The notes: generated from the letters alone by a model not told the origin. 40,000 nt of DNA from Rhizobiaceae bacterium (GCA_016742175.1 JACVCH010000012.1:57023-97022); one strand, 5' to 3'; positions 23,898-34,090 are shown, counted from the stretch's first letter. Made by a program: numbers and translations.

Positions 23898-25331
23898 TTA
23901 CATATTGAACAGCACCAGCCGTTCCTCGGTCATGTCGCGAATGGCGTAACGCGGCCCCTCGCGACCAATGCCGCTATCCTTGACTCCGCCATATGCCAGT
24001 TGGTCGGTGCGCCATGTCGAGGTACCGTTAAGAATGACGCCACCGGTGCGGAGCCGCTTGACCGCCCGCATTGCGAGCTCGAGCCGCGCCGTAAAGATGC
24101 CACACTGGAGGCCGAAAGGGCTGTCGCTGATCGTGTCGAAGACCTTCTCAACGTCGTCGAAAGCCTGCAACGAAACCACGGGGCCAAACACCTCCTGGCA
24201 GACGACTTTCATATCCGGCTTCACGCCCGACAGCACGGTAGGCTCGAGTTGTGCGCCAGTGCGACCGCCGCCGGCCATCAACCTCGCACCCTGTGAGACC
24301 GCTTCCTCAACCCAGCTTTCCACACGGCGCGCGGCAGCTTCGTCGATAAGAGTGCCTACATCGGTGTCGGGATCGAGCGGATCACCGAATTTCAGTTTGC
24401 CGACCTCTTCGGCGACGCTCTTGCTGAAGGTCTCGATGACCGAGGAGTGCACAAACACGTTCTGCACCGAGATACAACTTTGGCCGGCAAGGCGCATCGC
24501 GTTGCGCGCGACAAGCGGCGCGGCGGTTTTAAGATCTCCATCTTCGCAAATGATGGTCTGACCAGTACCCCCGAGTTCGAGTGCCACGCGGCGAAGCCCG
24601 CTTGCAGCCTTTATTTCGGCGCCGACGCGAGTTGAGCCGGTGAAGGTAATGAAATCCACCCTTGGATCGCGCACTAGAAGCTGCCCGATTTCGTTGCCGT
24701 AGAGCGAATTGACTGAACCGGCGGGCGCACCTGCATCGACGAACAGGCGAACGAGTTCATGCACAGTGCGCGGCGCTTGCGGCGGCGGCTTAATAACGAT
24801 CGAATTGCCTGCGGCCAGTGCCGGGGCGATCTTATGAGCGGCGAGATTGAAGGGTGCGTTGAAGGGCGTTATGCCGGCGACGACACCTATGGGAAAGCGC
24901 AATAAGAAGGCAATCTTCCCGGCACCCATGGCTGTTCCATCGAGCGGCACGTGTTCACCTTCAATGCGGATCGCCTCCTCAGCCGAGAGGGACAGCGTGT
25001 CCTGCGAGCGAATGATCTCGTTCCGCGAATCCTTGATGGCCTTGCCTGTCTCGCGTGACATGATCTCGGCGATCATGTCGGCTCGCTCCAGCAATAGTGC
25101 GATAGCACGGCGCAGCACGGCGGCCCGTTCGAAGCCGGGCATGGCAGCCATCACTTTCTTAGCGCGAACAGCGGCATTGAGCGCATCGTCGAGATCGACG
25201 CGGGTCGATTCGGGAGCACGCGACACGATATCGCCGCGATAAGGGTCGCGCACGTCGAGAAGCGTGTCCGCTTCGCGCCATGCGCCGTCTATAAGCATGG
25301 GGACAGTGGTCGGCTGCTCGCGCTGGCTCAC
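23898..25331 (-). CDS. NAD(P)-dependent aldehyde dehydrogenase
   Basis: ALDH signatures: GITPFNAPFNLAAHKIAPALAAGNSIVIKPP, LELGGTG (catalytic Glu) and GQSCISVQ (catalytic Cys). 477 aa. Confidence 0.9.
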   Translation of the reverse strand: MSQREQPTTVPMLIDGAWREADTLLDVRDPYRGDIVSRAPESTRVDLDDALNAAVRAKKVMAAMPGFERAAVLRRAIALLLERADMIAEIMSRETGKAIKDSRNEIIRSQDTLSLSAEEAIRIEGEHVPLDGTAMGAGKIAFLLRFPIGVVAGITPFNAPFNLAAHKIAPALAAGNSIVIKPPPQAPRTVHELVRLFVDAGAPAGSVNSLYGNEIGQLLVRDPRVDFITFTGSTRVGAEIKAASGLRRVALELGGTGQTIICEDGDLKTAAPLVARNAMRLAGQSCISVQNVFVHSSVIETFSKSVAEEVGKLKFGDPLDPDTDVGTLIDEAAARRVESWVEEAVSQGARLMAGGGRTGAQLEPTVLSGVKPDMKVVCQEVFGPVVSLQAFDDVEKVFDTISDSPFGLQCGIFTARLELAMRAVKRLRTGGVILNGTSTWRTDQLAYGGVKDSGIGREGPRYAIRDMTEERLVLFNM

Positions 25332-25424
25332 TTTACGATCTCCTCCCTGTCTACCATTCGATCACGATAGGCATTGCAATCTGGTTGTTGACCGACCTTA
25401 TGTTGCGAGAATATGGAATGTCAA

Positions 25425-25438
25425 TTCATAATACGAAA
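25425..25438. promoter_or_regulatory. Conserved box TTCATAATACGAAA in the divergent ALDH/hypothetical promoter region (weaker neighbour at 25405-25418)
   Basis: Matches TTCACAATATGGAA at 11/14 positions. The adjacent GCGAGAATATGGAA matches at 10/14. Confidence 0.4.
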
Positions 25439-25487
25439 TGATTGAGACCGGTCCGGTCTGATATCATGAATGATGCAAGGTGACGAA

Positions 25488-26147
25488 ATGAACAAAAGCG
25501 CGCGCGGGGCTCTGATCATATGGCACGACATGCCGGAAGAGCAAAGAGACGAGATGTTGGCTTGGTACAATAGTGAGCACCATGCGGAGCGCGTGGACAT
25601 AGAGGGCTTTCATGGGGTCCGGCGCTACCATGCAGTCGAGGCGGACCACCAACTGTTCATACATTACGAGACGTCGGGGCCCGAGGTGCTATCGTCGGAG
25701 TCCTACCTCGCGCGGGTCAACGCACCGACCGCGTGGAGCTTGAAGTGCCAGCGGTTAATCCGCAACAATTCACGCACCGTGTGCGCCCTTGAGAGCCGGC
25801 ACGGCACCGCGCGGGGCGGATTCGTGGTGACGCACGCACTCCGTGGAACAGTTGATGAAGAGCGCGCTCAGTCCTTCGCCGCACAGCGAAAGGCAGCCGG
25901 CCAAGTGCCAGGGTTTTTGGCCTGGGAGGCATTTCGCGCCGATAATGGCGCTTCGGCGCTGCCGAGTGCAGAGAAGTCGCTACGGGGCAAGGCCGATGAC
26001 CACATCGCCGGGTTGCATGTATTTCACGTCATGGACCTCGGATCCGCGCGCGCTGTCCGTGACACGCTCCTGCAGGTTCCCGCACTTTTGGGTACCGAAA
26101 CTGGCATTTTCCAGCTTGCGTTCTCTCTATCGCCATCAGAACGGTAA
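25488..26147 (+). CDS. Hypothetical protein (~219 aa)
   Basis: Codon-biased ORF divergent from the ALDH operon. ATG 25488 is preceded by AAGGTGA; ATG 25470 is an alternative start. No motif recognised. Confidence 0.55.
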   Translation: MNKSARGALIIWHDMPEEQRDEMLAWYNSEHHAERVDIEGFHGVRRYHAVEADHQLFIHYETSGPEVLSSESYLARVNAPTAWSLKCQRLIRNNSRTVCALESRHGTARGGFVVTHALRGTVDEERAQSFAAQRKAAGQVPGFLAWEAFRADNGASALPSAEKSLRGKADDHIAGLHVFHVMDLGSARAVRDTLLQVPALLGTETGIFQLAFSLSPSER

Positions 26148-26293
26148 AACTGCGTTGACATACTACAATGAGAAACGCTATTTCATAATGGCGCATTAAC
26201 ATCGGTACTATGAGGTCCGCGTCTTCGGACGCGACATCGTCCCCGGTGCGTTCACCAAAGACGCATGTCCACAGGAGCCGAGAGGAGGCACTC

Positions 26294-27319
26294 ATGTCGA
26301 AGGTCAGGGTCGCCGCGTTCGGCACCGGCTTCTTCAGCCATTATCACTATGACGCGTGGAACCGTATAGAGGGAGTCGAGCTCGTCGGCCTGTGCGTCAA
26401 TTCCAATCGGGAGCGGGCGCAGGAATTCGCGACCCAATACAACGTCCCGGAGATCTTTACGGATCCCGTCGAGATGCTTGATCGCACCCGTCCCGACCTC
26501 GTCGACATCATCACGACGCCTGAAAGCCACACTGCGCTGGTCGAGATTGCTGCCTCACGCGACATCGCTATGATCTGCCAGAAGCCGCTCGCACCGTCGC
26601 TAGAAGAAGCGCATGCGATGGTCAAGTCCGCCGAGGAGGCGGGCGCGCTTCTGATTGCGCACGAGAACTGGCGCTTCAAGCCTTGGAACCGCGAGGTGGC
26701 GAAGCTGCTGCGCGCCGGTGCCATTGGCGAGCCCTACAATATCAGCTTCCGCATGCGGCCCGGCGACGGCCAGGGGCCGCACGCCTATCTCGATCGCCAG
26801 CCCTATTTCCAGAAGATGCCGCGCTTCCTCGTCCACGAGACCGGTGTTCACATGATCGACGTGTTCCGCTTTCTGATGGGCGAGATGAGCGGCGTGTTCG
26901 CCAGGCTGCAGCGTCTCAACCCCGCCATCAAAGGCGAGGACGCTGGGATACTGACATTCGGCTTCGTCAATGGGGCCGCCGGCGTGCTCGACGGAAATCG
27001 TCTCGCCGACTTTGAGGCCGAGAACCCCCGGCTGACCATGGGCATCCTGCTGGTCGAAGGGTCCGAAGGCTCGATCCGCCTCGACGGCGCCGGTCGGCTC
27101 TTCCTACGCGGCAAGGGCGGCGCGGAACGCGAGCACCTCTTCTCATGGACCGATCGCGGCTACGCTGGCGACTGCGTCCATGCGCTGCAGGCGCATGTGA
27201 TCGCCCATCTGCGCGATGGAACGCCGGTGGAGAATACCGGCCGCGAATATCTCCGAAACGTGGAGATCGTCGAAGCCGTCTACCAATCCAACGAAGAAGG
27301 TCGGTGGATCGCGCTTTGA
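26294..27319 (+). CDS. Gfo/Idh/MocA-family NAD(P)-dependent oxidoreductase
   Basis: N-terminal Rossmann segment KVRVAAFGTGFFS...VELVGL. Start ATG 26294 is preceded by GAGGAGG. Size is typical for the family. Confidence 0.85.
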   Translation: MSKVRVAAFGTGFFSHYHYDAWNRIEGVELVGLCVNSNRERAQEFATQYNVPEIFTDPVEMLDRTRPDLVDIITTPESHTALVEIAASRDIAMICQKPLAPSLEEAHAMVKSAEEAGALLIAHENWRFKPWNREVAKLLRAGAIGEPYNISFRMRPGDGQGPHAYLDRQPYFQKMPRFLVHETGVHMIDVFRFLMGEMSGVFARLQRLNPAIKGEDAGILTFGFVNGAAGVLDGNRLADFEAENPRLTMGILLVEGSEGSIRLDGAGRLFLRGKGGAEREHLFSWTDRGYAGDCVHALQAHVIAHLRDGTPVENTGREYLRNVEIVEAVYQSNEEGRWIAL

Positions 27320-27348
27320 CGCGACTGGCCATGTCGAAAGGGAGAAGC

Positions 27349-28206
27349 ATGCGTTACGAGAACATAGTGGTGACGGGAGGAAGTGGGCGGTTGGGCCGCC
27401 ATGTCGTCGAACTGCTCGCGCCGCAGGCGAAGCTGACCGTCATCGACGTCGCACCGCCGGCGCGCGACGACGTCGCCCACGAGAATGTCAGCATTACCGA
27501 CTACGAAGCGCTGAAGCGCGTATTCGCCGGCAAGGACGCGATCGTCCATCTTGCCGCCATTCCCAATCCGCGCACATCGAGCCCGGAAAAGTGCTTCGGG
27601 GTCAACACCACCGGCACCTGGGCCGTGCTGCAGGCGGCCGAGGATGCAGGCGTCAAGCGCGTCATCGTTTGCTCCAGCGATTCCACCACCGGGCTTCACT
27701 ACAATCCTCCCGGCTGGGTGCCGCAGTTTTTGCCCGTAGACGAGACTCATCCACTGCGGGCGATTGAGCCATACTCGCTCTCGAAGGTTGTGACCGAGGT
27801 GGTGGCCAGGTCCTTCGCCGATCGAGGCAAGCTCGAGATCCTCGTCATCCGCCCCGCCCATATTGTCTTCGAGCCGGAATATCCCGAGATCGCGGATCGC
27901 GGCAGCGACGTTCAGAACTATCATCTGTGGGGCTATGTGGCGCCCGAAGACGTTGCAGAGGGATTCCGACTCGCGTTGGAAGTCGAGGATGGCTCTTACG
28001 ACGTGTTCTTCATCGCTGCAGAGGACGGCATGAATACCAGGCCAACGCTCGAACTCCTCAAGGAGCGTTTCGGCGAAGTGCCGGAGGTCCGCAACGCCGA
28101 ACTCTACAAGTCCAATCCGACCGCGGCCGTGTTCGGCATCGAGCATGCGCGCAAGAAGCTCGGTTACGCGCCGAGCAAGACCTGGCGCGACTTCAAAAAG
28201 GCCTGA
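27349..28206 (+). CDS. NAD-dependent epimerase/dehydratase (extended SDR), paralog of 35141-36049
   Basis: VVTGGSGRLGRHV (GxxGxxG) and YSLSK (YxxxK). Start ATG 27349 is preceded by GGGAGA. Confidence 0.85.
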   Translation: MRYENIVVTGGSGRLGRHVVELLAPQAKLTVIDVAPPARDDVAHENVSITDYEALKRVFAGKDAIVHLAAIPNPRTSSPEKCFGVNTTGTWAVLQAAEDAGVKRVIVCSSDSTTGLHYNPPGWVPQFLPVDETHPLRAIEPYSLSKVVTEVVARSFADRGKLEILVIRPAHIVFEPEYPEIADRGSDVQNYHLWGYVAPEDVAEGFRLALEVEDGSYDVFFIAAEDGMNTRPTLELLKERFGEVPEVRNAELYKSNPTAAVFGIEHARKKLGYAPSKTWRDFKKA

Positions 28207-28258
28207 GCACCGCCGACTGGGTGTCACTTATAGGTTCGAATTCAAGGAAGGCTTCCAC

Positions 28259-29083
28259 GTGACCAACAAACCCGAAGGCATCTTTGCCATCAATCTTTAT
28301 TCCTACATCTTTTCCCACACAGCCGCCGACGCGGTGCGCCATCTCGCCGACCAGGGCTATCCCGGCTTCGAACTGATGATGTTCCCGAACCATCTGTGGT
28401 ATGGCAGCGGAAGCACGGCTCAGCGAAAGGAACTGGCAAAGGTGCAGAGCCAGACCGGCGTCAAGTTCGTCTCGTCAAACATGCCCAACATCGACCTTAA
28501 TATCGCCGGCGCGGCGAAGGAGATGCGCGACTACTCGCTCGCGCTGCTGGAGAACTTCATCGAGGTCTCGGGCGAACTGGGTGTGCCCAAGATGGTGATC
28601 GGGCCCGGCAAGGCGAACCCACTCTTCCCAGCGTCGAAGGAATTTCTGCACGGATGCTTCTTCGAGGCGCTGGACCGGTTGGTGCCGGTGGCGGAGAAGA
28701 ACGGCGTCACGCTACTGCTGGAGAACATGCCGTTCGCCTTCCTGCCAGACGCGGATTCGATGGTGGCGATCCTCGACCAGTACGGCAATGACGACATCGG
28801 CATCATCTACGACGTTGCCAACGGTCATTTCATCGACGAAGCACCGGCGGAAGGACTGCGTAAGGTGAAGGACCGGCTGCAATTGGTCCATTTCTCAGAC
28901 ACCAACCAGAAAGTTTACAAGCACGATGCCGTGGGCCTTGGCGATGTGCCCTTCGAGAGCGTCCCCGCCGTCCTCAAGGAAATTGGATACGACGAGTACC
29001 CGGTGTTGGAAGTGGTGTCGCAGGATCCCGACCGCGACACCCGCGACAGCGCCGCCAAGCTGGCGGCACAGGGCTACGCCTGA
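28259..29083 (+). CDS. Sugar phosphate isomerase/epimerase (xylose isomerase-like TIM barrel)
   Basis: Family-typical layout: ...FELMMFPNH..., LLLENMP, LVHFSDTN. GTG start 28259 is preceded by AAGGAAGG. Paralog of 39085-39912. Confidence 0.75.
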   Translation: MTNKPEGIFAINLYSYIFSHTAADAVRHLADQGYPGFELMMFPNHLWYGSGSTAQRKELAKVQSQTGVKFVSSNMPNIDLNIAGAAKEMRDYSLALLENFIEVSGELGVPKMVIGPGKANPLFPASKEFLHGCFFEALDRLVPVAEKNGVTLLLENMPFAFLPDADSMVAILDQYGNDDIGIIYDVANGHFIDEAPAEGLRKVKDRLQLVHFSDTNQKVYKHDAVGLGDVPFESVPAVLKEIGYDEYPVLEVVSQDPDRDTRDSAAKLAAQGYA

Positions 29084-29103
29084 ACGGCCGAAGGGAGGCA
29101 CTC

Positions 29104-29982
29104 ATGACAGTAATTTGCGGATACATTGGCGCCGGCAAGATGGGCGGGCGCATGATCGAGCGGCTGCTGCACGCGGGCAACGAGGTGGTGTTGTGGGGGC
29201 GTTCTCCCGATAAGCTGAAGCCATATGAGGAGGCCGGCGCATCAATCGCGCCGACCGCCGCCGAATTGTGCCGCCGCTGTGACGTTGTGATCACCTCCGT
29301 GTCCGACACCGCGGCAATGCGCGCCGTGGTGTTCGGGCCCGAGGGTATCGCCCAAGGCGCCGGACCCCACAAGATTCTCGTCGACATGTCCACCATCTCG
29401 CCGATCGAGACTGAAGAGATGGCCGCTTCCCTGGCTGAAAAGACGGGCATGATCTGGATCGACGCGCCCGTCTCCGGCGGAACTGGTGGGGCGGCCAACG
29501 GCACCCTGGCGGTGATGGCGGGTGGACCAGAGGACGCAATCGAACGCGTGCGCCCCGTGCTCGAGCCACTGTGCCGCAACCTGACGCGCGTGGGCGACAG
29601 CGGCGCCGGCCAGAAGGCCAAGATGGTCAACCAGACGCTGGTCTCGACCATGTTCGTGCTGCTGTCGGAGGTGCTGAACTTCGCCGAGAAGATCGGCATC
29701 GACGCAAGCACGATCCCGCAGGCCCTGAACGGCGGATACGGCGATTCCAACCTGCTGCAGCGCGAGTGGCCGCGGATGGTGAAGCGGCAGTTTGGGGGGA
29801 CCGGCCCGCACGACACGGCGCTGCAGGTTCTGGCGGTGGTGCGCCTGACGGCAACGGCCGCTGCCTCGCTTATGCCGCTGAATTCACTTGCCGGGGAGAT
29901 GATCCGTCAACGCGTCCATGAGGGCCATGGGGGCGAGGACATGGCTGCCTTGTTCAAGCTCTACGATCGCAAAAGCACGTAG
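29104..29982 (+). CDS. NAD(P)-dependent beta-hydroxyacid dehydrogenase (3-hydroxyisobutyrate/6-phosphogluconate dehydrogenase family)
   Basis: ICGYIGAGKMGGRMIERLL, LVDMSTISP, IDAPVSGG and GAGQKAKMVNQ are HIBADH-family motifs. Confidence 0.85.
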   Translation: MTVICGYIGAGKMGGRMIERLLHAGNEVVLWGRSPDKLKPYEEAGASIAPTAAELCRRCDVVITSVSDTAAMRAVVFGPEGIAQGAGPHKILVDMSTISPIETEEMAASLAEKTGMIWIDAPVSGGTGGAANGTLAVMAGGPEDAIERVRPVLEPLCRNLTRVGDSGAGQKAKMVNQTLVSTMFVLLSEVLNFAEKIGIDASTIPQALNGGYGDSNLLQREWPRMVKRQFGGTGPHDTALQVLAVVRLTATAAASLMPLNSLAGEMIRQRVHEGHGGEDMAALFKLYDRKST

Positions 29983-30015
29983 CGGCGCACGTCGCGCCGC
30001 GGAAAGGCCGAATAC

Positions 30016-30867
30016 ATGTCTCAACCGCCATCCGCGAAGACGCCCCGGGTCTGGCTCATAACCGGCTGCTCAAGCGGCCTGGGGCGCGCCTTCGCAAACG
30101 AGGTGCTTGCCCGCGGCGATGCCGCGGTGGTGAGCGCACGCAACACCGACGCCGTCGCCGACATCGTCGCCGCCCATCCGGAAACGGCGCTGGCGGTGGA
30201 CCTTGACGTCACCTCCGACTCAAGTGTGGAAAGCGCGGTCGAGCGCGCGGTCGCCTGGCGCGGCCGCATCGACGTGCTGGTGAACAATGCCGGCTTCGGC
30301 ACGGTCGGCGCGACCGAGGAGATCGACGATGTCGAAGGCCGCGCCGCCTTCGAGGCCAATTTCTTCGGCGTGCACCGGATGCTCAAGGCCGTGCTGCCGC
30401 ACATGCGTGCACAGGCAGGCGGCCATGTTCTGAATATCTCATCGATGCTGGGCTTCTCGGGCACTGCCGGCTTCTCCTTTTATAGCGCCGCAAAGTTCGC
30501 GGTCGAAGGGCTTTCGGAATCGCTGGCCAAGGAAGTGGCACCGTTCGGCATCAAGGTGACGATCATCGAGCCGGGCCCCTTCCGCACCGATTTCCGCAAC
30601 AGGTCGCTCCACACGGCCCCGCTTCACGAGGCCTATCGCGAGACCCTCGGACCATTCCGCGAGAACATGATGGCGGCCGACGGCAAGCAGCCCGGCGACC
30701 CCGCCAAGGCGGCAGCCCTGGTGTTCGACATGCTGGATGAAGGCGACGCGCCGCTTCGTCTGCCGCTGGGTGAAATCTGCATCGGCCAGATGCGTCAGAA
30801 AATCGAGCAGGTCGAGGGCGACATCGCCCGCTGGGAGACCCGCTCGCGCGCCACCGCTTTCGACTGA
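30016..30867 (+). CDS. Short-chain dehydrogenase/reductase (classical SDR)
   Basis: LITGCSSGLGRA (TGxxxGxG), NNAG and YSAAKFAVEG (YxxxK). Confidence 0.9.
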   Translation: MSQPPSAKTPRVWLITGCSSGLGRAFANEVLARGDAAVVSARNTDAVADIVAAHPETALAVDLDVTSDSSVESAVERAVAWRGRIDVLVNNAGFGTVGATEEIDDVEGRAAFEANFFGVHRMLKAVLPHMRAQAGGHVLNISSMLGFSGTAGFSFYSAAKFAVEGLSESLAKEVAPFGIKVTIIEPGPFRTDFRNRSLHTAPLHEAYRETLGPFRENMMAADGKQPGDPAKAAALVFDMLDEGDAPLRLPLGEICIGQMRQKIEQVEGDIARWETRSRATAFD

Positions 30868-30890
30868 AATTTCATATCGTCGGTTGACTT

Positions 30891-30904
30891 TTCACAATAT
30901 GGAA
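30891..30904. promoter_or_regulatory. Conserved AT-rich box TTCACAATATGGAA upstream of ThDP enzyme 1 (candidate IclR operator)
   Basis: Recurs at 35067-35080 (reverse orientation), 36357-36370 and 25425-25438. A degenerate second copy, TTTCATATCGTCGG, lies at 30870-30883. Confidence 0.5.
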
Positions 30905-30941
30905 AGTTAGCTTGACCAAACATAAGAACGAGTGTGATCCC

Positions 30942-32723
30942 ATGCCCAAAGGCGCAGAACTGATCGTCGATTTCCTCGTCAAGGAGAAGGTGCCGTACGT
31001 GTTCGGCATCTGCGGCCACGGCAATGTCGGAATGCTCGACGCCCTCTACGACGCGAAGGACGACCTCAAACTGATCTCGCCGCGCCACGAGCAGACGGCG
31101 GGTCACATGGCCGACGGCTATTTCCGCGTCCGCCACGAACCGGTGGCGACACTGACCTCGTGCGGGCCCGGTTCGTCCAACATGGTGATGCCGCTGGCGC
31201 TCGCCATGACCGATTCATCCGCCATGATGGCCATAACCGCCAACGTGCCGACCTCTCAGTTCAACCGCAGCCCGTTCCAGGAGATCAACGGCCACTTCCA
31301 AGCCGATTTCCCCTCGGTTATCAAGCCGGTGGTCAAGCGCAGCTTCCAGCCGACCCGCGTCGAGATGCTGCCGCTTGCACTGCGCCAGGGCATGCAGACA
31401 ATGCTGTCGGGACGTGCCGGCCCGGTGCAGATCGACGTTCCCTACAACCTGTTCCAGGAGAGCGCCGAGGTTGAACTCGAGCACAGCCAGGCGACGCGAC
31501 TCAACGCCCGACGCTCGGGTGCCAACGAGGAGGACGTGCGAACGGCGATGGACATGATCCTGGCCGCCGAGCGCCCGGTGCTGTTCGTCGGCCACGGCGT
31601 CACCCTGTCCGAAGCGAGCGAGGAACTGACGGCGTTCGCGCATCGCCTGTCGATCCCGGTCATCTCGTCGCCCAACGGCATGGGCACGCTCGATATGGAT
31701 GATCCGCTGTCGCTGGGCTTCATCGGCCGCAACGGATCCTACCCAGCCAACGAGGCGGGCCGCAGAGCCGATCTCGTGATCGTGGTCGGGGCCCGCTTCG
31801 ACGACAGGTCGGCTTCGTCCTGGCTGAAGGGCTATTCCTGGAATTTTCCGCAGACCAAGCTGATCCACGCCGATGTCGACCATGCCGAGATCGGCCGCAA
31901 CTATGCGCCCGACCTGCCGATCCTGGCCGACGCGCGCACTTTCCTGCGCCAGTTGCTTACCGAGATCGATCGCCGCAACGTGCCGACTGGCCCGCGCCTC
32001 AACGACTGGCGCGCGCGCACCATCGACTGGGCGCGCGAGTGGGAAGCCTTTGTCGGCCCCAAATTCGAGATGCACGCCAGCCCAATTCGTCCCGAACGCA
32101 TCGTCCACGATTGCCAGCGCATCCTCCCAAGCGACGCGATCATGACCTTCGATGCCGGCATCCACCACAACTGGTTCATGCAGTTCTGGAAGGCGCGCAA
32201 TCCCGCCTCCATGCTGAACAGTTGGGGTTTCTCCGGCATGGGGTTCGGTCCGTCGGCGGCGCTCGGGGCGAAGCTCGCGGCACCGGATCGCCCGGTCATC
32301 TCCGTGTGCGGCGACGGCGGCTTCACCATGGTTCCGCATGTGCTCTGTACGGCAGTCGAATACAACATCCCGGTCGTCTGGGTGGTGTGGAATAACTTCG
32401 CCTGGGGCGCGATACGCGACATCCAGTACGGACAGTTCGAGGGCCGCGAGATCGGCACCGCCTTCTATTCGGGCGACGACGGCAAGCCCTATAATCCCGA
32501 CTTCGCGGCCTGGGCGCGTGCTTCGGGCGTGGCAGCCAAGACCGTGACGCGCTCGCAGGATTTCGCCGGCGCGCTAGAAGAGGCGGTCAAGGCGAACCGT
32601 CCCTACCTGCTTGACGTGCATGTCGATGCCGACATCCGGCCGCCCAGTACCGGCACATGGCAACTACCGCCGCGCCCGCACAAGGAGCCGGCATTCGGCA
32701 AGCCCTATTACGTCGAGGCCTGA
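30942..32723 (+). CDS. Thiamine-diphosphate-dependent enzyme (acetolactate synthase/IolD-like superfamily), paralog 1
   Basis: FGICGHGNVG, HEQTAGHMADGY, TSCGPGSSN, and ThDP-binding GDGGF...NN (VCGDGGFTM...VVWNNFAWG). ATG 30942 is preferred over the TTG at 30912. Confidence 0.85.
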   Translation: MPKGAELIVDFLVKEKVPYVFGICGHGNVGMLDALYDAKDDLKLISPRHEQTAGHMADGYFRVRHEPVATLTSCGPGSSNMVMPLALAMTDSSAMMAITANVPTSQFNRSPFQEINGHFQADFPSVIKPVVKRSFQPTRVEMLPLALRQGMQTMLSGRAGPVQIDVPYNLFQESAEVELEHSQATRLNARRSGANEEDVRTAMDMILAAERPVLFVGHGVTLSEASEELTAFAHRLSIPVISSPNGMGTLDMDDPLSLGFIGRNGSYPANEAGRRADLVIVVGARFDDRSASSWLKGYSWNFPQTKLIHADVDHAEIGRNYAPDLPILADARTFLRQLLTEIDRRNVPTGPRLNDWRARTIDWAREWEAFVGPKFEMHASPIRPERIVHDCQRILPSDAIMTFDAGIHHNWFMQFWKARNPASMLNSWGFSGMGFGPSAALGAKLAAPDRPVISVCGDGGFTMVPHVLCTAVEYNIPVVWVVWNNFAWGAIRDIQYGQFEGREIGTAFYSGDDGKPYNPDFAAWARASGVAAKTVTRSQDFAGALEEAVKANRPYLLDVHVDADIRPPSTGTWQLPPRPHKEPAFGKPYYVEA

Positions 32724-32768
32724 AGCGCTTATCATGACGGCCTTAAGCCAGAGTCACGGAAGACACTG

Positions 32769-33725
32769 ATGCGCATACTAGTTACCGGCGGCGGCGGCTT
32801 CATCGGTGCCGCCCTTTGCGGCGCCCTTGCTGCGCGCGGCGACCACGTGCTGGCCGTCGACATCGGCAAGAGCCGCAATCTCGCAGCCGTGCTCGAAGCC
32901 CATCCCGACAGGGCGAGCTATCGCCATGGCGAGGTAACGGAGTGGGCTCAGCTAGCGCAGTGCTTCAAAGAGTTCGCCCCTGATTCGGTCGTCCACTGCG
33001 CGGCGATCGTCGGCGTCACCAACTCTGAAGCCGCGCCCGTGGCGACGTTGCGCATCAACGTCGAGGGATCCCTCAACGTTTTCAATCTCGCCAGGCTGTT
33101 CGACCTCAGACGCGTAGTTAACCTGTCGAGCGAGGAGGTGTACGGCCATTTCGAGGCCGACCGGATCGATGAGACCCACGCCTGCCGGCCGGTCAAGCTC
33201 TACGGGATCAGCAAGTACACCGTTGAACAGTTGGCCCGCGACTTTAGCGAGAGCCACGGACTCTCGATTGTCAATGTGCGCACATGCTGGGTTTACGGTC
33301 CGGGCCTGCCGCGACCGCGCATTCCCAAGACGCTGGTCGACGCTGCCGTCGCCGGTACGCCGCTCCACCTTCCATCCGGCGCCGATTTCCGGGTCGACCA
33401 TACCTATATCGACGATTGCGTCGACGGGTTGATCCGGATCCTCGACGCCGGCGCCCTGCCCCACGACACCTACAACATCGCCTCCGGTGAAGCTGTGTCG
33501 CTCTCCGAAATCGTAGCTGCCGTCAAGGCGGCGGTGCCCCACGCGGACGTCACCGTGACGGCAGGCGAATACCGCCATGGTGGCGATCTCAGGGCCGTCC
33601 GGAAAGGGGCACTGGACGTGACGCGAGCGCGTCGCGATTTCGGTTATGTTCCGCGCTTCGACATTCGCAAGGGCATCACCGCCTATGTTGAGGCTGCCCG
33701 CAAACAGACCCAAGGAGCCCAATGA
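32769..33725 (+). CDS. NAD-dependent epimerase/dehydratase (UDP-glucose 4-epimerase-like extended SDR)
   Basis: ILVTGGGGFIGAAL and YGISKYTVE (YxxxK). Confidence 0.85.
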   Translation: MRILVTGGGGFIGAALCGALAARGDHVLAVDIGKSRNLAAVLEAHPDRASYRHGEVTEWAQLAQCFKEFAPDSVVHCAAIVGVTNSEAAPVATLRINVEGSLNVFNLARLFDLRRVVNLSSEEVYGHFEADRIDETHACRPVKLYGISKYTVEQLARDFSESHGLSIVNVRTCWVYGPGLPRPRIPKTLVDAAVAGTPLHLPSGADFRVDHTYIDDCVDGLIRILDAGALPHDTYNIASGEAVSLSEIVAAVKAAVPHADVTVTAGEYRHGGDLRAVRKGALDVTRARRDFGYVPRFDIRKGITAYVEAARKQTQGAQ

Positions 33726-34090
33726 TGAGCGAGCGAAAGACTGTTATCCACAACATCGCGGAAGTGCCGTGGCACGAACTGCCGGGGCATCATGGCGGGG
33801 CGCTGTCCAAACTCCTGGTGCATCCCGACACGGCCCAGTCGCGGCTGATCGACCATCGAATCTCGTCATACGAGCCCAAGGCCTATGTGGCGCGCCACAA
33901 GCACAAGGTGCAGGAGCAGATCTATCACGTGCTCGACGGCGAGGGCCTATTCGAGTTCGGTGACGAGAAGCGCGTGGTGCGCCGGCACGACGTCATTTTC
34001 ATCCCGCCTGGGATCGAGCACGCGTTTTATAATACGGGGCTGGCCAATCTGGTATTTCTCGTCATCACGACGCCAGTCAATGACGAATAG
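33722..34090 (+). CDS. Cupin-domain protein
   Basis: Two cupin motifs: ARHKHKVQEQIYHVLDGEG and IFIPPGIEHAFYN. ATGA overlap with the upstream stop. Confidence 0.8.
   Translation: MMSERKTVIHNIAEVPWHELPGHHGGALSKLLVHPDTAQSRLIDHRISSYEPKAYVARHKHKVQEQIYHVLDGEGLFEFGDEKRVVRRHDVIFIPPGIEHAFYNTGLANLVFLVITTPVNDE

Noticed and set aside
22756-23949. 397-aa plus-strand ORF covering tctC
   Set aside because: It is antisense to a gene with a signal peptide, a ribosome-binding site and Bug-family features, and it spans an intergenic gap, which is implausible for a real gene.
27280-28227. 315-aa minus-strand ORF antisense to the epimerase 27349-28206
   Set aside because: Shadow ORF; the sense gene has the Rossmann and YxxxK motifs and a paralog elsewhere in the window.
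31215-32339. 374-aa minus-strand ORF inside ThDP enzyme 1
   Set aside because: It is antisense to a gene with complete ThDP-enzyme motifs and has Arg/Gly/Ala-rich low-complexity translation.
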